This document shows positions 51,819 to 63,640 of a stretch of 64,000 bases of DNA, in pieces; position 1 is the first letter of the stretch; every line of letters begins with the position of its first letter. Source of the stretch: Orbicella franksi (Eukaryota); assembly GCA_964199315.1 (NCBI GenBank), contig OZ116709.1:25668001-25732000 (forward strand), in the 5' to 3' direction. A program made the translations under genes and the position numbers. Under the pieces are notes generated by a model, which was not told where the DNA came from, ran no database searches, and saw only the letters and a program-made list of their open reading frames with translations.

Positions 51819-52973
51819 GCAACAACAACAATAATAATAATGATAATGATGATGATTATGATAATGACAATGATAATGATAATAATAATGTCTGTGTTTC
51901 TATTGTGATTTTGATGCTTAGCTTGTTGTCCTGTACCCTGTTCAAACTCCTTTAGTTTCTTTTTTTCTTTGAGTGGTGGAAGATGTACCATCCAGGGTTT
52001 TTCACTGACTTGGCTTCACTGACCAACAAATGCTTTTTCAAAGTTATACTGAGTTCCATATCCACCCAGTATCCCATGCCATCCAGGGGGACATTAAACA
52101 CTTCCTATCACTTCATATGATAACCGATTTGAGTTTAGTAATAATGCAATACTTATTGTTTGAGTAGAAGTGCCTGAGATTTCAAAACCTTTGACCTGTC
52201 ACCAGAGTTACAGTATACTAGCATCTACACTTGTTATTAGTGAGCTGCAAATTTGCCCAAGGTTACTCTCGCTTGGAATTCTATAATTCAATGATATTAA
52301 TGTGAATCCTTTCATGAATGACAGAGGATGTGCTTCCATACAAGATTGGCCTAGCTGCTTTGGGATTTGTTACCGCATTGATTCTGGTTCTGGTTGTGTG
52401 CACAAAACGAAAGCAGGTTCTAGAGAGTGTGAAAAAAAGCTGCTGCAAAAGAGGTTGGTGACATGAAAATAATATTGCTTTATGTAGTGCATGATACACA
52501 AGAGACTGTAAGGACATCAAATACATGTACTGTTCAGTGTGCATAGGCATTATCAATATCTTTAGAATTATTCCTCAGTCTAAAGGCATGGTTTACAGTT
52601 AATTTTAAGCTTCTTTACTCACTCAAGACTTTGATAGACAAGAATGAGTGCAAAATCATAAGTAAATTACAAAGATCTCAGTCATGGCATTTTGACCATG
52701 TACAAAATGACCTTAAATTGAAGGAAACCTGAAAATAGTGGTTTAATAAGATAGAAAAACACCAAAGAAATAATAATAAACCATAAAGGAAGAAGGACAG
52801 CTAAGAGTGAAGAAGATTAACATGGATTACATATAATGAACTTGAAATATTTTTGGTAAACTTTTCAAGGTGGTTATGTAGCTGTAACTTGCAGTCAGTC
52901 ATAACCCATTTCTTGTATTTATCTCTGCAATACAGACCCACCACCACCAGCAGCAGTGGAAGCAGCAGTCTAA
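49513..52973 (+). CDS. Array gene 5: short membrane-anchored PDGF/VEGF-like protein, about 203 aa; exons 49513-49603, 51422-51775, 52325-52453, 52936-52973
   Basis: Signal peptide ...RISTVLAVVVVSLVLRSVSS; RCKPRP...PYHITVYRCSGTC...PC...NHTSCSCEC; a single CX12CXC module; TM IGLAALGFVTALILVLVVC followed by TKRK; KKSCCKR; tail DPPPPAAVEAAV*. 612 nt, in frame. Confidence 0.82.
51789..51890 (+). repeat. Intronic compound trinucleotide microsatellite (CAA)n(TAA/TGA)n
   Basis: Directly visible, just after the donor at 51776. Confidence 0.95.
52676..52870 (-). mobile_element. Kolobok-like MITE copy 5 (last intron of array gene 5), degenerate
   Basis: TTGAAGGAAACCTGAAAATAGT...AAGATAGAAAAACACCAAAGA...CCATAAAGGAA matches the 28436 copy. 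Confidence 0.65.
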
Positions 52974-55900
52974 ATATAATAGTATTAAGTCACAGGATGG
53001 GAAGCAAGAACAAGTTAAACATCCACTTCAAAAAATGGTATTTGCTTGTACTCAAATGCCAATTTCATGTACAAGACCAGCTCTGATTGCTGTTAGTTTT
53101 TATTGTGCACATGTTCTAGGGATTTTTAAAAGATTTGGAAATTAAACTAATGCTATGTTTAACATAAGAAGGTATGCACCAAAATCTAGAGCAAATAAAC
53201 TGGTTGAACATACTAGATGGTTTACAATATTACCAGTGATTTAAAAAGGTCCAAAAAAAGAGTTTGGTTTTTTATTTGCTTTCTTAATTGAACTTGTAAG
53301 TACATTTGATGATTGTACATGTTGTAGATGTAGAATAGTTATTTAAGTATCTTTAAAAGTAACTTTCTTAAGCCTCTTGATTGAGGAATCATTGCATGCT
53401 GTAAATAACAGGTCCATTTAATTTATATAAAATTATAACAAACTTAAGGTAGACCAAATAATAATAGCTTTTGTGACAATCACATTATGCATCAAAAGGC
53501 CACTCATGTAGTTCGTCTTTAGTACACAAGCAGGCAGCGTTTCCTTCTCAAAAGATATGTATTTCTCATAGTGAAGATGAATTCATTGCAGAGCCTGAGG
53601 TTTATTCATTTACCACTAGACTCTTTACAGATGAAAACAGTTATTACTGACAGAAGAATCCTTTTGGATTCAAAGTTGTTCACTTAGGACGTTTAGTAAA
53701 CCATGATTCCCTCAGTAGAAAGGGATAAACATAATTATCAGGTAGATTGAAATGTTGACACATGTTGGTATATTACAGCGTACATGTATTACATATAATA
53801 AGTGTACCTTCTATAAGGCAGAATCCAGTAGGATTCTAAGTGGTTCGTTTGACCATTAGAAATTCAAGGACATTGGGATACCAGTGATAACAATGCGTAT
53901 GCAGTGTTGAGCATGCCGTTGTTTTTGTGATAATTAAGTAGCAAGTCATTCATTGTACAGTCTGGAAAATTCATAGAATTTGTAATTCAAACATTTTCAA
54001 GATTGCCCATATTAATATTAAATATCAGTTTTTGATCTTTCATTGACCAACAGAACATACAACCTTCAGTTTTGTCCTGTTTTTGGGGGGCAATAACGAG
54101 AATCATACGAAAGGTCAGGTTGTATTAAATAACTGATAATTGCATAATATTGTGTACATGTAAGTACATTTGATGGAATAAAACAAATAATTACAGTGTT
54201 TCCATTGTCTAATATAATTATGATTTGACTTCATCAATGCAGGGATCCCTGTCTTTAAATGGAACTCCCACCCCCTCAAATTTTAGAAAAAAAAAAGTCC
54301 CAACAGTTAAGGGCCATCCCCCTCCAATAATATCAACCACCAGTCATTGACAATAAGTTAATAACAAGATCTCCTGAATGTGCACGAAATCCTAGCATAT
54401 GTCAGAATTTGCATGGAGGCTAGTAACTGAAATATTAAATTGATTGTGAGAGTAATTCCCTGTTAAATGTTTTTTTTTCAAGATTCATTGCTTCGCGACA
54501 TTTCTTCTCACCTTGGCATGTTAAATGAGATCTGAGGGAATTTAGGTTTTGTATCCTTGTGTCTCTTATAATAACACTGTAGGGTAAATAACCTTAATTT
54601 GTGCCAATTTAATTGTTGAAATACCGTAATGATTTGATTTAGCGCCTCCTTCAAATAAGCGCCCCCTTTTGAATAACTGACCCCTTCGAATGTGTTTTGA
54701 CTATTAAGTGCCCCTATTAGGTGCCCCATTCTAATAAGCACCCCTATTTTAATATTACAATATTACAGTGCCATCATATCAACGGAGGTTCATTAATTGC
54801 TCACATAAGGAATGCTGCATCACAAAAACAATGGTCTTCGTCTGAGTTTCTCAACCTTTATGTCCATGAGAGTGTGTAGTTCCTTCAAATTTTGTGGCAA
54901 TTGCTTGGCTGGTTGTTCAGGCCAGGAAGGATCCAGGGATAACTATTCTATTTTCCAGTCTCCTTGATCCAGTCAACATATATTTGTTACTGTTCTGTAC
55001 AGTTTCTGTTATTGTTCCTTTCTTTTAAATAACTACCATATTAAAGTTTTGCTTTGAACATTCAGTTGTTTTTCCAAAAAGAAATAAGTGCCCTGATTGA
55101 TTTCAAGTTTACAGTAGTTTCTTATCTCCAAACAAACTCTTACATTGTGCTTCAAGGGTCCCTGTTGTGGGAATATAAAATTATAAAGCCCATTGGGCTT
55201 TACATTTTAAGTTATATATAGCTTATGAAAGAAGTGCAACATCCCCCAGGTAAAGGGCTTAAATTCTGGATAAAGGTAAGTTCAATAGTATAACCAATGC
55301 CTGAAAAGTTATGTAATTATTACTGTGATTCTGCTAAGAGCAAAGCAGTTAAAAGAAGAAGAATGATTCAAGTGTTATTTTCCTGTGTCATCTGCAAACT
55401 TGAACATCAGAATTTACACACTGTAACACCATCAAAAATGTCACAATTTATTGTCCGTTTCAAATAAAAGAAAGAACATTTATGTAACTTGCTACGTCAT
55501 GGCACATTCTAAATATTAAGAACATCAAAGTTATTTTTATCGCATACATGTAAGCTTTACAATTTCAACAAATTGGATTAACAAGAAGAGAGCCCAACTG
55601 TATAAAAATAAGTACAAGTCAAATGTTAAGCAATGAACAAATTATTTTGTACCTCTGAAATAACAACAAACATACATTTGTAATAGTTTGAAAGTACTAC
55701 AACAGTCATGTCTCAAAGATAGACCAGCCACCAACTATTAACTTCTGGTTATCTAGTCTCCATGCAACCCCACCGCCGAAGTTATAATCTCATGAAGTAC
55801 ACCCCTTCCTAAAGCAAATGAGAATGTACGACGATTACTGTAGATTAAACAGATTACGTATTCTAAAATCTAAAAATAGTGACAAAGTTGCACAAATGTT

Positions 55901-56601
55901 CAAGCAACGATGATATCTCCCAGATCTTCATTCCACATCTACATGTAGTTTGAGTTTAAATAAATTGACTAAATTAGGTTATCTGTGCTGTTATTCAATG
56001 ACTTAATTCAGAATTCTAGACTATGCAATTTGGAGGCTGATGACCATAATTTTAAGGTAGAGAAGTATCTTCCAGGCAGTTTCAATACACACCAGCTAGG
56101 TGGGTAATACAAGGCCCCCTCTTCTTAAGAGGGAAACAGATGATAAAGCAAAGTAAAAGAAAACAATCAAGACTAACAATTGCCAAAAACAAACAAACTA
56201 TTTACTAGTTTGATAAATAGAGTACTATACATAACATCTCACTTGTGTCATTTTTGTACAACATTTCTCTAAGGAGCTGGCTAAATACAATATTAATAAT
56301 TTAATATTATTATAGAATACAACAAATTCTTAACTGTTGTAACTTTGTTCAGAGACTTTGTCAACCTTAACCATCAAAACTAAAGAAAAATAATACAATT
56401 CACAAGAACGCACAGAGCTTCTTCTGACAGTTTACTTCCTATCTTTCAGTTGAAAATGGTGTCATGATGACTTCAAAATACTGTTCGTTCTTATTGCTAA
56501 ATTTTACTTGCTTGTGCATTTCAAAACCTTTACTCGTAATAAAATTCATGTCTTATGATTTTTGTACAATAGGTTAGTAAGTCCAGGAGGCACAAGAGGA
56601 G

Positions 56602-56811
56602 CAATCTCGTTCCCAGAGCCCACGTGTCTTTTGGTCAGCACCAAGACACAGAGCTCTGGAATAACCAATTTCCAGACTCCAAGATTTTAGGAGTTCCAGT
56701 TTCACGGTGCATGCGTGCCTTGGTTTAAAACATGGCAATCTCGTTCCCAGAGCCCATGTGTCTTTTGGCTGGTGCTGACCAAAAGACATGTGGGCTCTGG
56801 GAGCGAGATTG
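56602..56811. mobile_element. 210-bp MITE with near-perfect 9-bp TSD (CAAGAGGAG/CAAGAGGAA) and an internally duplicated left arm
   Basis: CAATCTCGTTCCCAGAGCCCAxGTGTCTTTTGG occurs at 56602 and again at about 56737. The right arm is CCAAAAGACATGTGGGCTCTGGGAGCGAGATTG. Confidence 0.8.
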
Positions 56812-57723
56812 CAAGAGGAACACAGTTACAAAAACTGCCAGTTCAACGCCACCTACCTGTTATAACTACCTCACAATGTAGAAGTATTCCTAATAAAATC
56901 TGAAAGCTTTTGGCTTCTAAAACTTTTAAAACAATGTTTTGCCAGTGTGTACATCAAGAAAGCCTGTAGTTTGTATCTAAAATAATTTTTGTATTGCTGA
57001 GATTGATGCACCGTTTGTTCAGCAAGTTCATTATTAAGTTTCAACTTTCATTCCTGTTCTTTGTGCTTGGATTTCCTGTGGTTTCCACTCTTTACATTTG
57101 GGTGCCCTATGGTACACAGCTCGTATATTCCTGACCAACACTTTTACAACCAATAATATATCAATTTTGTTTTTTAAAAATGACTAAAATGAATAAATGT
57201 CATTACAGATTAAATAAAATTATTTTTTCGTAGCCGACAGAGGCGAAAACTAACCCTAAGTCTAAAAGTCATCAACAGCAAGTTATTTCTGCTAAAGCAA
57301 ACTGCATGTACTAATCTTGTCAAACACATTAACAATACTCTGCTCTACATTGTATTTTCAACTCTGTTCTCAGTACTTGGTAATGTGGTAAAACACGGTC
57401 TCTGGTATTTGATATAATTACATCATATTCATTTATTTAAGCTGTTACAGTGTGATTCCTATAACAGTGCAACTGAGGCAAAAAAATATAAAACCATACG
57501 ACCAAAACCAAAGTAGCCAGCCCAGTTACATAAATCTCACATCATTTCTTATTTTCTCCTTACCTTTTGTAACAAATTCAGGTAAACAAAATTGAGAAAA
57601 GAAGCTCCGATCACCTTGAACATAATGACCAAAACCAAATTCTACTAACAAAAATAAATGTTCTACAAGCCCTGAGGAGAGTTTGGAAGTTGACCTGTAT
57701 CTGGCTGAAAGAATTTCTAATTA

Positions 57724-60700
57724 TTAATTTTCTGCCAGAGAGAGTTGGATGACTTTTGCCAGCTCCTCTTCCTCTAGTTTTCTTAGTCGTTCATCTTCTT
57801 CCAGTTGCTGTTCAGATAGTGCCATAGCCAACTGCAAGTCTTCATCATAGACAACAGCTCCATCTCCTTCTTGTCTATCATCAGGAGGGCTTTGTGTGGA
57901 TTCTTCCCCTTCAATGCCACTTTCCCTCATGCTCTCCCTTATAGCACTGCAACCACGACATAAGATTCAGTTACTTTAAGTTATTACAGTCACTATTAAT
58001 GACTCAATTTAGTACCCTCCTTTCCAATAAGCCCCTTTGTTGAGTGACGTTTTTCTAATAAAGGGCTCTTTTCCAATACGCAGCACCCACCCCCCCCCTG
58101 CCCCCATTGCAAACATGGTATTGAAGACCTGAAGTGCATTCAAGTCTGCTTTTTCACCCAAATGTAATATTGAACTTACTTAATTGACTTTAGCACAATC
58201 AAGAGAATGGCATTATGACCATGAGAATGTTTACTGTTGCTTAATAGTTCTTGAGTTAAACAACATGAGACTGAAATCCAAGATCCTAGTCTGAGGAATT
58301 GGAGATGCACATGTAAGTAGCCTCATCAGTGCCAGAACAGGTACATACTTACAGTAAAGCCCCAGTTCTTTTGATACATATAGAACAAACTACTGACCCC
58401 ACCCCTCCCCCCCTTGAAATCCTCTAGATCCACCCCAGATACCTACATTGCATTTCTCATGGGTCTCATCATACATTTAATGCATTAATTATAAGCACTG
58501 TATACATGCATAGTCCACAAGGAGGAGATGGGCATATGTACACAACCCCTTTGTTAGGGTAAGGATAAGGTGTTACCGTTGAAGGTCATCCTCTTCCATC
58601 TGTTGGCTGTCTCTCAAAGCTCGTAGTGTAATCATCTGTGCTGGGTCTTGCTGATATTCCAGTAGGCTCTGCTGAATTGCTAGTTGCAGCATCTCATCTT
58701 CTTCATCTCTGAGAGGTGCTATAAAATAAGCACAGATTGTGAATGGTGCATATTCATTTTAATTTATTCATCACTTGAAATTATCCAGTTCTGGACTTCT
58801 AAAGATTATAATTCACACAGACTGTTTCATCTTTATTTAGTACTTGTAAATCAAGTTATTATTGACTGCCTACTTTTCAGTGCCAAGAAAACATCTTAAA
58901 AACATGTACATGTACATGTACATGACTATTCAAATCACATCCTAGTTATGTGTATCCCAAACTTTGGTCATTTCTCGTGTCAAGGCCTGTTGAAAGTCCT
59001 GGATTACTCCTCTAAAATATAAAAAAATTGTTTATTCTGCTCATCTGTTTGTTTTAAGGAGATTGCAAGTCAATATATGAAGGATCTTAAATTTGAACAG
59101 AGCAGGAAGATGTAAAGATATTATTGAACAATCATCGTAGTTATGTTCACAGCCTAAGCACTTGTGAAAAAATTACCTGAAAGAAAATTCATACTTCAAT
59201 GGGATTCAAAACCATGACCTCTGATCTCCAATACCAGTGCAGTACACTGCATATATTGGGCTATCAAACTAACTGGGAGCTTGTCATGTACTGAGTTTGA
59301 TTTTTAAAGGAATTCCCAAGCTGCCGACCAGTGCATATGTCAGTGAGAGAGTATGAACTTTTGCATCCATTTTGACTTTAGAACACTGCTATATTACTCA
59401 CCTACAGGCTGATCCAAATTAACCTCTCTGTATCCTACTGGAGCATCAAAACAAGTTGACTCTATGACACACCTAGCAGCTATCCCCACAGCAGAGGAGC
59501 CTGGCTCCTCCTCTTGCTCTACAGGAGTCTCACTATCCTTATCAATCTCTTGGATATCAGCTTTAATAGCATGCACCCCAGCTACTGGAGATTCTCCACC
59601 ACCAATATTGCCAAATGTCACCTTGGCATTCAGGACATGAAACAGCGGAATTTCTATGAAGATTATAAATCATGGTGTTAAAGCAGAGACCTTTAAATCC
59701 TTGCCTTTTTATTCCTTTACATCATATTCATCCACTAGAATTACTAACAACAAAGGATCTTATTTACGATAGTACCTATTTTGACAGGGAATCCTGCTGG
59801 TAAATGTAGTGCAATAAAGTCCCTCAGCTTGGCAAAGTGACTGTTGCTAATGGCCTATATTACATAACAAGAGAATCACAAAAATAAAATTACTTCCACT
59901 GTGAAATCTTGAAATAGGTTGTTTAAACTTTGATGCCATGTCACACTATTTCACTAATATCTATATATAAGAATTGCCTTGTACAGAGTTGTCCAAAGCA
60001 GTTGGCTGACTGCAAAAATCCCTGTGTTCTTCATCACCTTGACTGTCTATTCTGCTGGGTTATATTTTTAATACTTAGAGATGATTTCCAGTCCATACTG
60101 TGCATTCTCGAGAGTTTGTTTTGCTTCATGCAACTACTTACATGAAGTAAATTCAAATTTTCATGTCAACCTCCATTATGGATGCAAAGCGTTGTGCTTC
60201 GTTCTTTCTTGTGTTACTTGATGAAACAACTTTGCAGCTGTGAAAATCAATGAAGCTGTTGGGAAACGGCCTCAAAGATAAGGTCTGTGGTTCGTAACAA
60301 ATAACATTGATTCCCATTCCATTGAGTGAGCAGTTATGATGTTTATAAACATTAGGGTGCTGAGGTAAAATCAGCCACCTAATCCAACAACAAAGCTGCC
60401 CGTACATTTCAACGTTTAATTTTTGGACACTTTTCATCTCATTTTGGACAATTTTCAAAGTCGGACTCTCGGTGCTGAAACACAGTTAATGTATATTTAT
60501 GCCCACAAAACATGAATTTCGCAAGTAATGTACTTTAATCCTTTGAGACAAACAGGCCTGCAATATGAGTTCCCCCTTTGACAGTGTCTGTCTACTCACC
60601 AGCAATTTGATAATTGGAAGAACTTGTTCCCGAAGAGACAACGGGTGTTTGTCACACATTGAAATTGTAGCTTTGAATTTCTGCTTCTTGACTGACATCT

Positions 60701-63640
60701 CTTTCAACTTCCCAATATCTTCATGTCGAGAAAGAACTCATTAGTTTTTACAGTGTCATAATTTATTATTAATAACTTAGTAATCAAAATAATCAATCTG
60801 GAATCAGCCAGTGAGAATAACTCGGTCAAAACTAAGTAGGTGTATAGTATAGGGTACAGTACATGTACATATGCAAAATGAAGAAAAGGTCTGGGTGGGC
60901 CTAAAAGCAGTATATAAAGAATGACTGTTTTGATGCAGAGTGTATATAGTTGTTTTATGTTTTTTTGGAACAAGAAACGCAAGGCACAAGTGAGGAAACA
61001 TGAACACCAAGCACAGAGGTCTTAGTAAGTATGAAGTTTCTTCATAACCTCATAATTAACCCAAAGTAAGGGGGACTTATATTTGGGGGAAGGTAAGGAG
61101 AGCTTAAAGGTGAGTTAGAGTTTTGGTATACATTAAGATGGGACTATAACCTAGGGGGATGGGGGTTAAATCAGAATGTAATGGTAAATCATGACTTTAC
61201 AATCTTACCTCTTGAATTTGCTTCTGATGAAGGATTAAAGTATTCCTCTATACTCATTCGGTAAGGGTTAGTAGATGAGGGGTCTGCAACAGGACCAGTC
61301 TGTTCATCCTGTGAAGAAATTACCAAGCCAATAATTTGATTATGATTCATAACTTTCAACATTTGATTTAAATTGATTATTTTTTTTTTTACCAAAAAAA
61401 AAATGTAAGAAAGCACATACTAAAAGCCTACTTTTCATTTATAACTTGATAGAAACACGGAACTGACACAGTCAAGCTAGGAAAGAATACAGAACTAGAA
61501 AAGAATAAAGAAGATAAATAGCAAATACATTGTCATTATCTGTCAAGTTAAATTACACATGGAAACTTGGGAGAACTTGAAAAATTACCTCCATATTACT
61601 TGACAAATTCTCCTCCTCAATACCCAACAGTGTTTGCAGACCATTTGCAGCAAATGAATCATTTGTATCTGTTGAATAAAAGTTTCCAGAACAGATGTTC
61701 AGCTGCTATTGCTGAAAAAAACTTTCTCCAAAGCACTTCTGCAGCCAACTAATTGCTCTATTTCAAGAAAAGTCATTATACCAGTGATTACCAGAATAGA
61801 TTGGTTTGTATATATGTATAAATTACTTAAATATTAATAATTAAATTATATTTGATAGATTTTATTAAGTAAAATGAGAGAATGGACACCGCATTTGACA
61901 TTGCAATGTAATATTCCATGCTGCAGTTAACCTCCACTTCACAGGATCACTACACAACTTAGGAAAGAGTACTGCACAATGACATTAGGTATTCTTTGCT
62001 AAGGTTTTTGTTATCCAATCTGTAGTGTTTAGCACTGAGTTCTTGGTGGCTTCCATCCACTTTCATCAGAGTTGCAATGTTCAGGTTCATTAATTGCAAT
62101 TCATTAATAATTTATGATTGGGATTAATTCATCAGAGTTGCAATGTTAAGGGACATAAGTTAAAAAAACAATTACATCTAGATTCAGAACTCACTTTGCG
62201 CTGCCTGTTTATCCTCAGCGTTCAGATGCTCCACTCTTGTCTTAGTAAGCACTTCAACCCCAGTAGCAGTGTAAACCTTACATTCAAAGCCATTCACCAC
62301 TTCCGTCTTGTCTCCACCCCAACCCCACATGGTCTTGTGCCTAAAGAAAGAATTAACTGACAGTTCAGAAATGGCTAAAAGCTTCAACATAGCCCAAGCG
62401 TCAAGTGCCTGTTACAGTTGGATATTGTCCCCAATCTCTTTTTGCATGTGTTAATGGCTCACAACTGCATCTCGCTTCATAAACATTTACATACAGAAGA
62501 CCTCACCCAAAATTCAGCCATCGTGACCCATGCTTGGTCGATGTCCCATGTAAATAGCCCTTTAATGATGTGGCATCAAATGAGCTATGATTACATTCTA
62601 TACCATATCAGAGACCAGGGGCCCGTTTTTCAAAGGTCCCGAAAAGTTTGCGCACCAGGAAAGCCGTAGCAAAATCCCAAACCTTCTAATTACAGAGTTG
62701 TTATTTACATATTCTTAATATGACCAGAAGTTCCCTTCATACAAGAAGTTTCAGGCGTATACATCTTTCTGTTTTTAGATACAGATAAACTGAAAATGGC
62801 TTAATTGCGGGCCAGAAAAGTTTTTGGGGCTTTCGAGAAACAGGCCCCTGGACTGTCATTAAGTATTGGGTCACCTATAACCTTGATCTTCACAGCTGTG
62901 ACAAACTTGTAACTTTGGGGGTGAATTGTATCAACAAAAGACAATTTCACTCATAACATCAAGGGCCCATCAAGTATACTCAGCCGTAACAGGTGGTACG
63001 GGGTTACAGCCCTTAATGACAGCCCTGGAGATAGAACACTGACATCATGATTACACAACTGTATCTAATAGTCAGCTAGACCAGTCTTTACCTTGTAAAT
63101 GCTATATTATCAGTGTTAAGCATAGTGGCAACAGCTGGTGTTGTCAGTCTGGCATTGATGGCATCATCTGAGGGTTTCAGACCCTCCAGGTCTCGAAAAT
63201 CATCTCTGAAACAACAACAACAACAACAAAAAAAACAATCATGCCATTGTCATGTGGTGATATAAACATTCCAGTCTCTCCTTTTTTTCATAAATAATAC
63301 GGTAAATCATATGAAAGTAGAAGAAAGCTTAAGTGCCCTAGGAGAAGATCCTTTGTTACCTGCTTTTACTCACTGAAGAGAAAGTCTCTTCTATAGATAT
63401 GCATACATGTATACCCTGGGCAGAAAAGAATGAAGGAAGTTGCCATCTGCAAAAGTAGCTGAATGCCAACTAAAACATTACAAACAACTTTGCAAATCAA
63501 ACATATAAACAAAATTGATCACAAGTTACTGTAAGTTGGAGGTATGCACTGAACTATTATTACAATGTACCTGATTCGTAGGGTCTCCCTAAAGTATCTC
63601 TTTTTATCATGGTCAATCTCTAAAAATTCTCCTCCATCAG
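57724..63640 (-). CDS. ANKRD13: ANKRD13-family protein (GPCR-chaperone/DUF3424-type domain + C-terminal UIMs), 3' part; exons (+ coordinates) 63571-63640, 63092-63205, 62195-62340, 61589-61668, 61209-61308, 60600-60718, 59776-59854, 59402-59653, 58577-58718, 57724-57946
   Basis: Ten GT-AG exons join in frame. Recognised motifs: [50 protein letters not shown]...[58 protein letters not shown]-like segments: [44 protein letters not shown]. The ankyrin-repeat 5' exons lie beyond the window. Confidence 0.92.
59160..59300 (-). mobile_element. Degenerate tRNA-derived SINE in an ANKRD13 intron
   Basis: GGGATTCAAAACCATGACCTC...ATACCAGTGCAG...GCTATCAAACTAACTGGGAGC is a reverse-complemented tRNA-like head. 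Confidence 0.5.
62615..62851. mobile_element. MITE in an ANKRD13 intron
   Basis: Inverted ends CCAGGGGCCCGTTTTTCAAAG / CTTTCGAGAAACAGGCCCCTGG. Confidence 0.75.

Noticed and set aside
51776-51834. Poly-Q tail on ORF 51391-51834
   Set aside because: It is read-through past the GT donor at 51776 into an intronic (CAA)n microsatellite.
57724-58718. Initial impression of a MINDY/FAM63 deubiquitinase from the UIM-like tail
   Set aside because: Upstream exons carry ANKRD13 motifs ([23 protein letters not shown]) and no MINDY catalytic motifs.
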